A DNA stretch of 64,000 bases from a virus. Positions 28,719 through 38,418 of this stretch are shown one piece after another. The DNA lies in the IMG/VR virus record IMGVR_UViG_3300021375_000007, positions 1 to 64,000 of that record. One strand, written 5' to 3'. A program made the position numbers and the translations under genes. Below the pieces are notes generated by a model. The model saw only the letters and a program-made list of their open reading frames with translations, had not been told where the DNA came from and did no database searches. Position 1 is the stretch's first letter; each line of letters starts with the position of its first letter.

Positions 28719-29288
28719 TCAAAGTTTTGTTTCGCTATATTCTGCATCCGTTTCAAACCGATCATTGAATTCAGTTAATATAGTAAGAAAATCTCGTAAT
28801 CCAATAATATCTTTTGATGCCTTTCGGATCTCATCAGCATTCTTTTTTGCAACATCTTCCGGAGTACCTATCAATTGCCATTCCAATGTGGCCGAAGCAA
28901 ATAGCGGAGAAGCAGAGATCTCTGAGTAATTAGCAGAAGATACTTCATATATGAATTGACGCTCATTTCGCTTCTGAACTATATATCGAGTGAAGAATGA
29001 GTTTTGATAATCTGAATCTTTTGGTATTGGAAAGTAAGGTTGAATTATTTGTCTTGGCTGGAATGTGCCTGATGTTAATTCATTATACTTTTTTGTATTG
29101 GCGTTATTTAGTTCTACTGGTATTCTGGTTAATTCGTATCGGCTTAGCGTTTGGCTGTTGGGATTGGATTCATAATACCGACCACGCTGTTCGAAGAATG
29201 GTCCTTCATATGTATCTGTTGTGAGTGTGTTTATGAATTCACCGTTAGTGGTATATCCGTATCGTATTTTAGTTTTCCAGCGACTCAT
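28719..29288 (-). CDS. Hypothetical protein, tail/baseplate region
   Basis: 189-aa ORF at the end of the baseplate operon. Confidence 0.55.
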   Translation of the reverse strand: MSRWKTKIRYGYTTNGEFINTLTTDTYEGPFFEQRGRYYESNPNSQTLSRYELTRIPVELNNANTKKYNELTSGTFQPRQIIQPYFPIPKDSDYQNSFFTRYIVQKRNERQFIYEVSSANYSEISASPLFASATLEWQLIGTPEDVAKKNADEIRKASKDIIGLRDFLTILTEFNDRFETDAEYSETKL

Positions 29289-31495
29289 TATCCATATAAT
29301 CTTTTAATTGCAGCATTGTCATCTAATCCTAAATATTTTACTGCAGCCATTTCTGCATCTGTTCTAATAGTTGCCTGGCAATCTAATTCTGTCATCCAGC
29401 GCTGGGCCGATAATCCTTTATCTTCAGATAGATCAAAGCTATGCTTGATACCTAATACAGTAAAAGCCGTATTTTTTGGTATACTACTTGGTAAGCCTCG
29501 GTTTATATGTGATGCATAGTCTGCTCGCTGTGTAATAGCAATACCATTCCCCCATTTTATTCCAACTAGAGCTCTGGCCTTTATAGTTAATCTAAAATTA
29601 GTAATTGTCGTGTTTCGTTGAGCAATTTCATCAGGAGTTGGTACTGCTGGAGAACTTAAACTTATTAAATTATTTTGATACATCTTTTGCATGGATGTTT
29701 TTATAGTATTTCTATCTTCCAATTCATTATCCGACTCGGCAATATTTTTAGCCGCAGATTCGAATTGAGATTCTATCTCACCAAGTTCATTTGGATCTAA
29801 AAAATTAAAGTCGGCATTACCTGCACGTTGATTTATTTGTCCTGAGATCAAATTTGAATCCGCAACAAATGCTTTAGCTGCTAAGTCTTTAGGTACGGAT
29901 GCATTTATTTCAAATCCAGGATTCTTATCATAATTTAAAATAAGCCGTTGGTTGGTTGCATATATATAAAATCCTAAGGGAGGTGGTAATGATTTAGGAT
30001 CATCCGGCTGTATATTTCGATCTGATATATGATATACTAATGTTTCATCTACACTTGCCGCGTCCTTTAAGGATGTATATAAATCTAAATCAACTAAGCC
30101 ACCGGTGGCAGCTCGTATTTGGCTGAATAGTTGTTTAAAAAATTGCTGGAATGTTGATTCTTGTATATTATTGCCATTAGGATTATTAGCTGTTATCGTA
30201 CTAAAAAAATCCAAAATTACATACTGGCTTATCATTACATTTGACAAATCCCCAGCATCTAGGATTCTCGAGTAATAATCAGGTGTCTGGGTATTGACTA
30301 ATTGTAATATACCTTTATCAGTAGTATTTTTATTGCCAATATAATATGCATCGCCATTGGCTGGACAATACTTCTGGCCAGTGAATACTACTAGTCCAGG
30401 ATTACATGAAACTAAATAATCTGGACAAGTACCTTTTGCGTCATCGGCAAATCTAAATTCAGTATTTTCTAGATCTTCATCAAAGGACCTTTTACCTAAG
30501 TATTTAACTAATTTATTAATAAGAATTAATATAGATCCTAAACTTATATATGAATTTTCATAATTATCTCCGCTAAAGAAATTTATAAAACTATTTGTAA
30601 TTTCACTGCTTTCACGTGCCTTATCAAATCCAAATATTAGATCTTCAGATGTTTTAATATATCCATATTTATCTGAATTCCATTCGCTTCTAGTTTCTTG
30701 AAAATATGCAGCAAATAATTCTGCTACACTACTTATGTTTTTTGCGGTACCATCCTTAATTTTAACGGTTTTATATTTAAATGGATAAAATGTAGAATTT
30801 GGATTAATATCAGCATCAACTTTTAATTGCGCATATGCATCTGTAGTACCCATAATATCTATCGTTACTTTCCATGACTGATATGACTTACCTGTGTTAG
30901 TGTATTTAAAATTATAAACTCTGCCAGAGGCTTCAAATTTATTTGCTGTAGCGGATTTGTCTTTAATTGAATCCTCAACGGAGAATCCAGCACTACAAAT
31001 AAATCGTATCTTATTACCAATTACAGCTACATTTTCTAATACATCTTCAAGAAAATCATTACCAGCCAATTCAATATCCATTGAACCTTTTACTACTTTT
31101 CCAGTGCGGTCCGTACCACCGATTGTGTATTCGAATCGTGTAATGCGTGGGGTATATAAATTACCATCCATATCATTCTCGAGAGGAATTGCGCGGCGCG
31201 TGCCAGGACGTAGCCTGGTATCACCGCCAACAGTATTTAATACAGCAGGAGTTACTGATGCTAATGCAAATGAAGGTACATCGACGTCATCATCACCTTC
31301 AAAAGTTCCTAATGTGGCAGACTCCCGATAATATACTCTGCCACTAACATTGGTATATCGTCGTAAAAATTGAGACTGTACATTTAATAATTCCGGATCT
31401 GATGAATTTGCTGTCCAATTATCTGGATTAAATCGATGATCGGTTAGTTCATGAATTAAAGCTTTATTATAACTAGTATCAAAATAGAATGACAT
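29288..31495 (-). CDS. Putative baseplate hub-like structural protein
   Basis: 735-aa beta-rich ORF in the canonical position downstream of the tape measure and LysM-like genes. Confidence 0.45.
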   Translation of the reverse strand: MSFYFDTSYNKALIHELTDHRFNPDNWTANSSDPELLNVQSQFLRRYTNVSGRVYYRESATLGTFEGDDDVDVPSFALASVTPAVLNTVGGDTRLRPGTRRAIPLENDMDGNLYTPRITRFEYTIGGTDRTGKVVKGSMDIELAGNDFLEDVLENVAVIGNKIRFICSAGFSVEDSIKDKSATANKFEASGRVYNFKYTNTGKSYQSWKVTIDIMGTTDAYAQLKVDADINPNSTFYPFKYKTVKIKDGTAKNISSVAELFAAYFQETRSEWNSDKYGYIKTSEDLIFGFDKARESSEITNSFINFFSGDNYENSYISLGSILILINKLVKYLGKRSFDEDLENTEFRFADDAKGTCPDYLVSCNPGLVVFTGQKYCPANGDAYYIGNKNTTDKGILQLVNTQTPDYYSRILDAGDLSNVMISQYVILDFFSTITANNPNGNNIQESTFQQFFKQLFSQIRAATGGLVDLDLYTSLKDAASVDETLVYHISDRNIQPDDPKSLPPPLGFYIYATNQRLILNYDKNPGFEINASVPKDLAAKAFVADSNLISGQINQRAGNADFNFLDPNELGEIESQFESAAKNIAESDNELEDRNTIKTSMQKMYQNNLISLSSPAVPTPDEIAQRNTTITNFRLTIKARALVGIKWGNGIAITQRADYASHINRGLPSSIPKNTAFTVLGIKHSFDLSEDKGLSAQRWMTELDCQATIRTDAEMAAVKYLGLDDNAAIKRLYG

Positions 31496-31498
31496 GGT

Positions 31499-31771
31499 TT
31501 ACGGATTAAATGGGATTCGTATTAATTTTCCAGGCCGGATACTCAATGTACCCTTTCCTAAATTATTTGCAGATGCAATTACAGGCCATTGTGTCGATTG
31601 TCCATAAAATTCATGTGCCAATAAGTCTAATCGGTCTCCTTCTCGAGAATAGAAATAGGTATCACGTGAATCTCTTGCATATGATGGTATGATAATAGCA
31701 CGATAATATTCTTTACCTAAATTACCATTATTGTCTATTCTAGCTGTTTTTAATGAGTTATAACGTTCCAT
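31499..31771 (-). CDS. LysM-like baseplate protein (gpX/gp53-like)
   Basis: EGDRLDLLAHEFYG....WPVIASAN.L......PG..IRIP. Confidence 0.8.
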   Translation of the reverse strand: MERYNSLKTARIDNNGNLGKEYYRAIIIPSYARDSRDTYFYSREGDRLDLLAHEFYGQSTQWPVIASANNLGKGTLSIRPGKLIRIPFNP

Positions 31772-31773
31772 TC

Positions 31774-34197
31774 TTATCCTATTACTCGACTACTACCGCC
31801 GGAAAGTAATCCATTAGTATAATCACTTGCCTCGGCGCTCTTACTATTAGCCGATTCCTTGAATGTCATTGATACATTTACTATCATTGGCTGCTCATGA
31901 TCAATATCCCAGGAATATTCAGTATCAATATCAAATGATAATGTTTCTATATAGCCATATATTTTAGTATAATTACCGATAATTAATTTTAAGTTGTTTA
32001 AGACAGGTGATAATGTTGTTTTCGTGCCGCCGCCTAACCGTGCTACTGTTTTCTTTACACTATCGCCATAACCTATCTTAGCTAACGTATTTAGACTATT
32101 CATTACTCTTTCACGCTCTACTGCAGATAATACTGGTACTTTAAAATCTATACTTAAATTTCTCGATGTACTATCATAATTACCTTCTTTAATACGTGCA
32201 TATGCTTGTTGTAGCTCTCCGGTAGCAGTTGATATTGTCATACTAACCGAATCAATATACGATCTAAATCTGGCTACCGTATTATATGTATCTGTAGGCT
32301 TGTCATATTCAGCTATTACAAATTTAACCAAATCTTTCGTACTATTACCTAATACCAATTGGTCGGCTTTTTCTTTGTGCGATGTAATAACAGTGGCCTT
32401 ATTATCTATTACATATCGTGGATTGCTCCTATCCATTGTATTAAGATCGCCATAATCGCCAATACCAATTCTTTTAACTAAATTACTATCCTTATACTCT
32501 TTGTCCTTAGCATTTTTACCAACTCCGGTATTTTTAGGTCTCTGAGAAAATTCTAATCCGTAATTTGCTCTATTCAACGGCACGTTATCACGGAAATCAT
32601 TTGGTGTAATGGTACTAGTACTACCATCTGTTGTAGTTCTGTTAAGATCGCCATATGCTACTGTAGCATAACGCTTTCCTATATCTTTAATATTGCCATC
32701 ATTCTTACCTAATACTTTAGATTTAGCAGGATCTTTCTTTATTTCATCATATGTTTCACGTAATTTAATAATACCTTTGCCAGCCCATTCAGCTTCTTCT
32801 TCTTTTGTTAAAGGTGAATTATATTCTCTTGCAAGATTCGGACCAGGCAATGATGCTAACGCATCTGGCGATGTATAGGTATTATCATCTTTATATCGCG
32901 TGATATCATACGTGCTACCATCATCAACCGGCGTGAGAGCGACACCAGCAAACATAACAGGTGATTGAAGTACTGAGTATGGTGTAGTAACAAACCGTAA
33001 TCCTTTAGTTGGTTTATTCAGTAATTTACTCTGTCTTAAAGATGTATTAGTATATCGCTTATTAGATGTAATACCTATACCTAATACGGACTTAGGACCT
33101 GTTAAATCTGTTATTGTTAAATATGGTAATCCAATTGGAGTATTAAATAATGGTCCTAATCCAAATCCATTAAACGCTTCGGTATGTAATGTAGTCAATC
33201 GGTTAAATCGAGTACCAAATCCTAATATATTACGCTCCTTAATAACAGATTCATAATTATAGGATGTCAATCCAGATGGATCAAACGAATCACGTCTGAC
33301 ATGAAATGGCACTGGTGCATTTAGGCTAAATACCGATAATGGATTATATATTTTATTGGACCTAGGAGTTACCCCTGTCCAGAATCCAGTTACACCTTCA
33401 ACATTTGGATTCATTAATTGCAGGCCAAATTGCTTAGCCTGAAATATCAATCCTTTCGGTGATATCATAAACTTGCCAATTCTAGCTTTATCAACGGCTT
33501 CGCGCTCGACGGCAGTGGTTATTCCACCTCGAGGTATATCAGTTAAGGTATCTGCAAATCCTCCCCAATATTGTGGATCTGAATTATTATCTCTTTGTAT
33601 TCCTCGTAATATAAAAGGCTGATCTGTTGCTAGTCCAAAACTGTTCTTATTCCAGGCCGCAGATCTAACTTTTACTTTATTGTATATATCATCAATTGGA
33701 GAATTGGTTGTATATGTATCTGCTAATCCAGAGTTACCATATATAGCACCTATATTATCATTATATTTGTTATCTTTATTCCATCCGGTATGAGCATTTG
33801 GCTTCCAATCATATACATTACCGGTCGGTCCTATAGGGAATGGAAATCCTATACCTCCTTGATTCATTCTTCTAGATGTACCACTTTCTCCTAATGCAGT
33901 AAATATTGGATAATTATCTTTGCTTTCTCGATAGCCTGGTCCTAGGTTAAAGAATCCAAAATTATTAAATCCAGGACGGAATCTTATAAACGTGCCAATA
34001 TTGGCTGTTGTATTTTCTAAAAATAATGATTGGCCGGTAGATGAAGGAGCTGCTCCTATCGCATTTATAGGGGTATTACTAGAACCTGGGCCAATTGGCA
34101 TTGCGAATGGCGACCGTGCAGGAGTACTTCCTTGTGGCGAAGCTTCTGGATTCCATATACCAGCGGATAAATTCGATACTAATTCTGTTAATGCCAT
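31774..34197 (-). CDS. Putative tail-tube initiator/baseplate protein
   Basis: 807 aa; the C-terminal ~200 aa look like a tube-fold domain (FRSYIDSVS...SRNLSIDFKV...GYIETLSF....WDI...PMIVNVSMTF). Confidence 0.5.
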   Translation of the reverse strand: MALTELVSNLSAGIWNPEASPQGSTPARSPFAMPIGPGSSNTPINAIGAAPSSTGQSLFLENTTANIGTFIRFRPGFNNFGFFNLGPGYRESKDNYPIFTALGESGTSRRMNQGGIGFPFPIGPTGNVYDWKPNAHTGWNKDNKYNDNIGAIYGNSGLADTYTTNSPIDDIYNKVKVRSAAWNKNSFGLATDQPFILRGIQRDNNSDPQYWGGFADTLTDIPRGGITTAVEREAVDKARIGKFMISPKGLIFQAKQFGLQLMNPNVEGVTGFWTGVTPRSNKIYNPLSVFSLNAPVPFHVRRDSFDPSGLTSYNYESVIKERNILGFGTRFNRLTTLHTEAFNGFGLGPLFNTPIGLPYLTITDLTGPKSVLGIGITSNKRYTNTSLRQSKLLNKPTKGLRFVTTPYSVLQSPVMFAGVALTPVDDGSTYDITRYKDDNTYTSPDALASLPGPNLAREYNSPLTKEEEAEWAGKGIIKLRETYDEIKKDPAKSKVLGKNDGNIKDIGKRYATVAYGDLNRTTTDGSTSTITPNDFRDNVPLNRANYGLEFSQRPKNTGVGKNAKDKEYKDSNLVKRIGIGDYGDLNTMDRSNPRYVIDNKATVITSHKEKADQLVLGNSTKDLVKFVIAEYDKPTDTYNTVARFRSYIDSVSMTISTATGELQQAYARIKEGNYDSTSRNLSIDFKVPVLSAVERERVMNSLNTLAKIGYGDSVKKTVARLGGGTKTTLSPVLNNLKLIIGNYTKIYGYIETLSFDIDTEYSWDIDHEQPMIVNVSMTFKESANSKSAEASDYTNGLLSGGSSRVIG

Positions 34198-36443
34198 TAT
34201 CTTGCTCCTACTAGATATGTACTATTAATATCCGCCTGTGCTCTGATTTCGTCTACTACTCTATCACCTACGATGACTTGTACCGGTCTTCCAGATACTG
34301 CATTTATTAACTGCTGCAATAACCCTTCTACTCGTTCCATTGATCCATTGCCAGAACCACCTCTAACATCAGAAGCTAGGCCTCCTGGATCTTGTGTTGC
34401 TAATAGATAATCGCCAGGCGCTGTTGATATGATATTTCCACTAGGATCGATAACACCATCATTTATACCTGTCACTGTCATTGCTTCTTCAGCTAAATCA
34501 TATACAGGTATATCAGTATTTCCACCAAAAAGCCCCATTATTCTTTTATATGCATTTATAGCATTTTCATATACTATCTGAAATGGAAATAATAGCTGCT
34601 CGAGCACTGATTTAGCAAACAGCTTCACGGCGCCTATTAGATCTCCACTTAGTAATTTTTCCCATCCCTCAATCGCAGTCGTTATAGGTCTAAACGCTAT
34701 TTCAAGAGCTAGGGCGGATTGCTCGATACCAAATGCAATGAGTTCCACGAGTCCACTAATTATTTTAAATATAGGTGTAAGTGCTGATATAATCTTTAAG
34801 AAAGATTTACCAGCTGGTAATAAAGCTAATTTAATTTGATTTCCCATATCTGCAAAATCAGCTGACATCCGTTTGGCCGCTTGTTCTTGTGCCAATGCCT
34901 GCTCCAATTGTTCCGGCGTCATATTGGCTAATTGTTCCGTCGATAAATTTAATCCTTTCGCCGCGAGTAATTGTCCTTTCGTTGCATTTGTTAATTTATC
35001 TTGTATTGCTAAAGATTTAGATAATTCTTCAACAGACATTCCTGCTGCCTTAGCCGCAGCTTCTTTTTGGAACAGATCCATCTTACTAAATTCATCTATT
35101 CCACCCATTCCATCTAATATTAGCTTAGTAGCACCTGCTATATCATTATTCGCTGCTAATCGACGTGCCTCATCAAAATTAATTTCTTTGCCGGTTAAGG
35201 CCATAAATTCAAATTGGTTGGCTAAACTTGATTCTATATCTAATAATGATTCAGCTGTCTTGGCCATTTGATCTAAACTTACACCTAATTTACCAGCTTC
35301 GAATGCGGCCTTAGTTAATGCTTTAACATTACCACCAAAGAATTTTGCCGTTGCTTTTGCATTTTGGGCAATATCTGCAGTAACAGCGCCTACATTAAGA
35401 CCTGCTTGTGCAGCTTCCGTAGCTAATTCTCTTTGCGCATCCGCGGCATCCGCGGCAGGTACTCCTAATCCTATTAATGCATTATTTACTGCGGCTGCTT
35501 GTTCAGCACCATAACCAAATGCTTCTCCAATATTAGCAACTTCTGCAGCAACTTCTGCAGATAACATTGACATATTACCAAATTCTTTTATCGTAGCTTG
35601 CTGAACTGTTAATACATCTTTCATTGATATTAACTGATTATCTAATGATTCAGCTACATTTTGTGATTCAATTGATAATGCCTCGGCTTGAGCTACTGTA
35701 GTGCCTATATTTTTTGCCATTTCGGCAAATTGTTTTTCTAATGTAGCTGCCAATTTTACTAATTGCACTAACGCCGCAACAATTGCCAATGCCAACAATG
35801 GTCCTAATTTTACAACTTTCATGAATTTTTTCATTGCCTGGCTTGAAGCTTTGGTTATATCGCCTCCTGTTGCAAGCGTCTCATTGAATGCATCCATAGC
35901 CGCATTATGACCTTCCTGCAGATTCGATTTTATTTTGTTAAGGCCAATAATTTTTGATAACGCTCTACCCATGGGTATATACTTATCAATAAAGCTATCC
36001 AATTCTTGGCTTGCATTGCCTAATAAATCTAAAATTTTGCGACGATTATCTATTTCATCTTCACCTAATTCTTGCAATTTTCGTTGAGCACCTATAATGT
36101 GCTCAAGTCGAGTTACTCGTTCGGCTTGTTCTGCATTTAAATTTTCTAATCCACCGTTTAAAGCCACATATGCATGCATTTCTTCTTCTAACTTATCGAC
36201 TATATTTTTACTAACTATATAATTATCTCGCAATTCATCATTATATTGATTGCTTAATCCAACAATTTTATTTAATGACTTTTCTATTTCATCAGTATCA
36301 TTGCTAAGTCTTTCCGTCTCATCTGCCGCTACTCCCATTTTTTCTGCTACCTTACCGAGAGTAAATGCTACATCTTGCATTGCACTAACTAATTGCCTTG
36401 TTAAGTCAACCTGTTCCCGTAACAAATCATTATTATCTGCCAT
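34197..36443 (-). CDS. Tape measure protein
   Basis: 748 aa, helical and Ala-rich, with LLDIESS and INDGVI motifs; located downstream of the tail chaperone. Confidence 0.75.
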   Translation of the reverse strand: MADNNDLLREQVDLTRQLVSAMQDVAFTLGKVAEKMGVAADETERLSNDTDEIEKSLNKIVGLSNQYNDELRDNYIVSKNIVDKLEEEMHAYVALNGGLENLNAEQAERVTRLEHIIGAQRKLQELGEDEIDNRRKILDLLGNASQELDSFIDKYIPMGRALSKIIGLNKIKSNLQEGHNAAMDAFNETLATGGDITKASSQAMKKFMKVVKLGPLLALAIVAALVQLVKLAATLEKQFAEMAKNIGTTVAQAEALSIESQNVAESLDNQLISMKDVLTVQQATIKEFGNMSMLSAEVAAEVANIGEAFGYGAEQAAAVNNALIGLGVPAADAADAQRELATEAAQAGLNVGAVTADIAQNAKATAKFFGGNVKALTKAAFEAGKLGVSLDQMAKTAESLLDIESSLANQFEFMALTGKEINFDEARRLAANNDIAGATKLILDGMGGIDEFSKMDLFQKEAAAKAAGMSVEELSKSLAIQDKLTNATKGQLLAAKGLNLSTEQLANMTPEQLEQALAQEQAAKRMSADFADMGNQIKLALLPAGKSFLKIISALTPIFKIISGLVELIAFGIEQSALALEIAFRPITTAIEGWEKLLSGDLIGAVKLFAKSVLEQLLFPFQIVYENAINAYKRIMGLFGGNTDIPVYDLAEEAMTVTGINDGVIDPSGNIISTAPGDYLLATQDPGGLASDVRGGSGNGSMERVEGLLQQLINAVSGRPVQVIVGDRVVDEIRAQADINSTYLVGAR

Positions 36444-36451
36444 AGATTTCC

Positions 36452-36712
36452 TTATCTAGTATGACGAAATCTTTTTTTACAATTTGAAAGATGTGGATTT
36501 CTAGCACATATTGATTTTATTACTTGCTTAACATTTTGGCTTTGTTTAGCGTAATCTATTAAAGCAGCTTTTAATTCTGGATCTGCCTCTGCTTCTTTAT
36601 ATATCTTGCTAAATGTACGTTTTAATTTAGGAGCAAACATTAATCCAAGAAATGAACCTAATATAGATTCATTGATTTGCTTACCATAATGTTCTAATGG
36701 ATCTTTTGCCAT
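36452..36712 (-). CDS. Hypothetical protein
   Basis: 86-aa ORF with an RBS and late-type motif upstream. Confidence 0.6.
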   Translation of the reverse strand: MAKDPLEHYGKQINESILGSFLGLMFAPKLKRTFSKIYKEAEADPELKAALIDYAKQSQNVKQVIKSICARNPHLSNCKKRFRHTR

Positions 36713-36751
36713 AATAGTACCCTTCTTTGTTATAAATATAAGGATAGCGAA

Positions 36752-36967
36752 TTATCGTCGTCTAGATGACGCTGCTTTGGCCTTTTTAGTGGCTTCTTCT
36801 TCGGCCTTTGATTTTTCTTTGTGCACATTGTCTACACTTCTAATATAAAATGTACGTAACCAGATCGGCATATCATATACATCAGACCAGGTGAATCCAC
36901 CCTTACCCCAATATATAAGATCAAATATTTGTTTATGAAGTGTAAGTCGGTAGCTAGGCGTCAGGCC
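36752..36967 (-). CDS. gp51-like baseplate/tail assembly chaperone segment, probably reached by frameshift
   Basis: Not in the ORF track. Open frame GLTPSYRLTLHKQIFDLIYWGKGGFTWSDVYDMPIWLRTFYIRSVDNVHKEK...RRR*, beginning right after a T7 run at the end of the upstream gene. Confidence 0.7.
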   Translation of the reverse strand, partial: GLTPSYRLTLHKQIFDLIYWGKGGFTWSDVYDMPIWLRTFYIRSVDNVHKEKSKAEEEATKKAKAASSRRR

Positions 36968-37796
36968 AAAAAAAGTTGACTCCTATCGGTAAGCCTAAAG
37001 TAAATGGATCTCCAGTCTCTTCATCAATGAATTCAATATCCATATCAACGTCAGGCTGAACTGTTTTCATATGTGCTCTTAAGGCTCTGGAATCAATTGC
37101 ATATAATTCATCACGAACAAATTTACGAACTTTTTCTTTATCCTCATCTCCATCTATAGACGTAATTGAATGTGCCAATCTAGTTGTTAATTGTGGATCG
37201 GCACCTCCAGTCTTTCTTTGAAGCTTTTTAAGACCTTTCAATTCTTTTTCAATCATATCATTGTCTCTATGCGATAGCATTTTAAACGTTATAGTTCGTT
37301 TACTGGTCGGTAGCTGGAATGAGAATTCATTTACCCCAGCCTCTATCGAACCTTCGTCAAATGGACGATCATCAATGCTAGTGAGGTCTATTGTTTCTTG
37401 TTGTTTCTTACCGGAAGGAGTAGTAACCTCTGTTACATAATCTTTACCATATCCTAAGATACGTGCAGCAATCATAATTGCATTTTTATCACCTACCAGT
37501 AAATCATTGTAATTGATTCTTTGGCCTTCACCATTTCCTACAATAAGAGATTGAAATAATTTGTCTAATACAACTCCTTGCTGAATATATGATTGAGTAG
37601 TAAGAATATCTTCTTCTTTAGCCGTCATATATTTCATTTCCACTTTACCTGATGCCAATGGATTGTCTTTTGGATATAGTAATCCTTTAGATGGCAATGT
37701 TACAATCTCCGTTGGAAATTTAGGTGGTTGTGCTGCTTCTGGGGTTGGATTGGCTGGTGTTCCTGCCGACCTATGGTTGGGTAATTCGTTGCTCAT
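36954..37796 (-). CDS. Baseplate hub assembly chaperone (T4 gp26-like)
   Basis: VTLPSKG, YMTAKEEDIL, C-terminal LPIGVNFFWP. Confidence 0.8.
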   Translation of the reverse strand: MSNELPNHRSAGTPANPTPEAAQPPKFPTEIVTLPSKGLLYPKDNPLASGKVEMKYMTAKEEDILTTQSYIQQGVVLDKLFQSLIVGNGEGQRINYNDLLVGDKNAIMIAARILGYGKDYVTEVTTPSGKKQQETIDLTSIDDRPFDEGSIEAGVNEFSFQLPTSKRTITFKMLSHRDNDMIEKELKGLKKLQRKTGGADPQLTTRLAHSITSIDGDEDKEKVRKFVRDELYAIDSRALRAHMKTVQPDVDMDIEFIDEETGDPFTLGLPIGVNFFWPDA

Positions 37797-37835
37797 TAAT
37801 ACTCCTTATAACTTTTATATAAATATGCAGAACAG

Positions 37836-37863
37836 TAAAAACCTCCATATAAATATGAAGGCC
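37836..37863 (-). terminator. Rho-independent terminator after the tail tube gene
   Basis: CCTTCATA-ttta-TATGGAGG followed by TTTTT on the minus strand. Confidence 0.55.
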
Positions 37864-37888
37864 TTTACTTTAAATATATGTTTACAGA

Positions 37889-38377
37889 TTAGAACTGCAA
37901 TATTGCATAATCATATTTCAATGTAAGCTCGATTTGAACCGGGTCTTCTGTACTCCAATCCATATCACCAAAGGTGGCAGAAGAAATAAAAGCACCTTTC
38001 AATGTCCATTCCTCAACTTTATCACCAACTGGTCCTAAAGCATTGAAAGTGATATCTTTTTTGTAGAAGTCAGAATAACCATCTCTACCTGTTACAGATT
38101 CGTGATGCAATCGTACCCATTCCATTACTGCCTGAGCACCGGATGGTACTACTGGATCATATAATGTAATGCTAACATCTTGCCAACGACTCTTCCCTTT
38201 GATCTTTCTTTCAATGTTGATGTGATCTAATACAATCTCACCTTGATCGATTGATGGTCTAGATGCAGCTTTAATAAGATATGATGGAATCCCATCTACA
38301 TACATAATAAACCTGTTACTTACTTTTGGTTCATATGCGGTAAAAAATATCTCGGTTGGATCTAATAATTGTGCCAT
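37889..38377 (-). CDS. Tail tube protein (T4 gp19-like)
   Basis: YEPK..NRF, W.DVSITLYD, MEW, YKKDI, EEWTLKGAF, LTLKYDYA. Confidence 0.88.
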   Translation of the reverse strand: MAQLLDPTEIFFTAYEPKVSNRFIMYVDGIPSYLIKAASRPSIDQGEIVLDHINIERKIKGKSRWQDVSITLYDPVVPSGAQAVMEWVRLHHESVTGRDGYSDFYKKDITFNALGPVGDKVEEWTLKGAFISSATFGDMDWSTEDPVQIELTLKYDYAILQF

Positions 38378-38394
38378 TTATGTTTCCTCTTTTA

Positions 38395-38403
38395 TATAAA
38401 TAT
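38395..38403 (-). promoter_or_regulatory. Putative late promoter motif ATATTTAT[AT]; representative of about 16 copies
   Basis: Found in intergenic gaps just upstream of tube, sheath, neck, gp26-like, portal, PhoH, fibre and other genes. Confidence 0.65.
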
Positions 38404-38418
38404 CTACTTTCCTAATTT

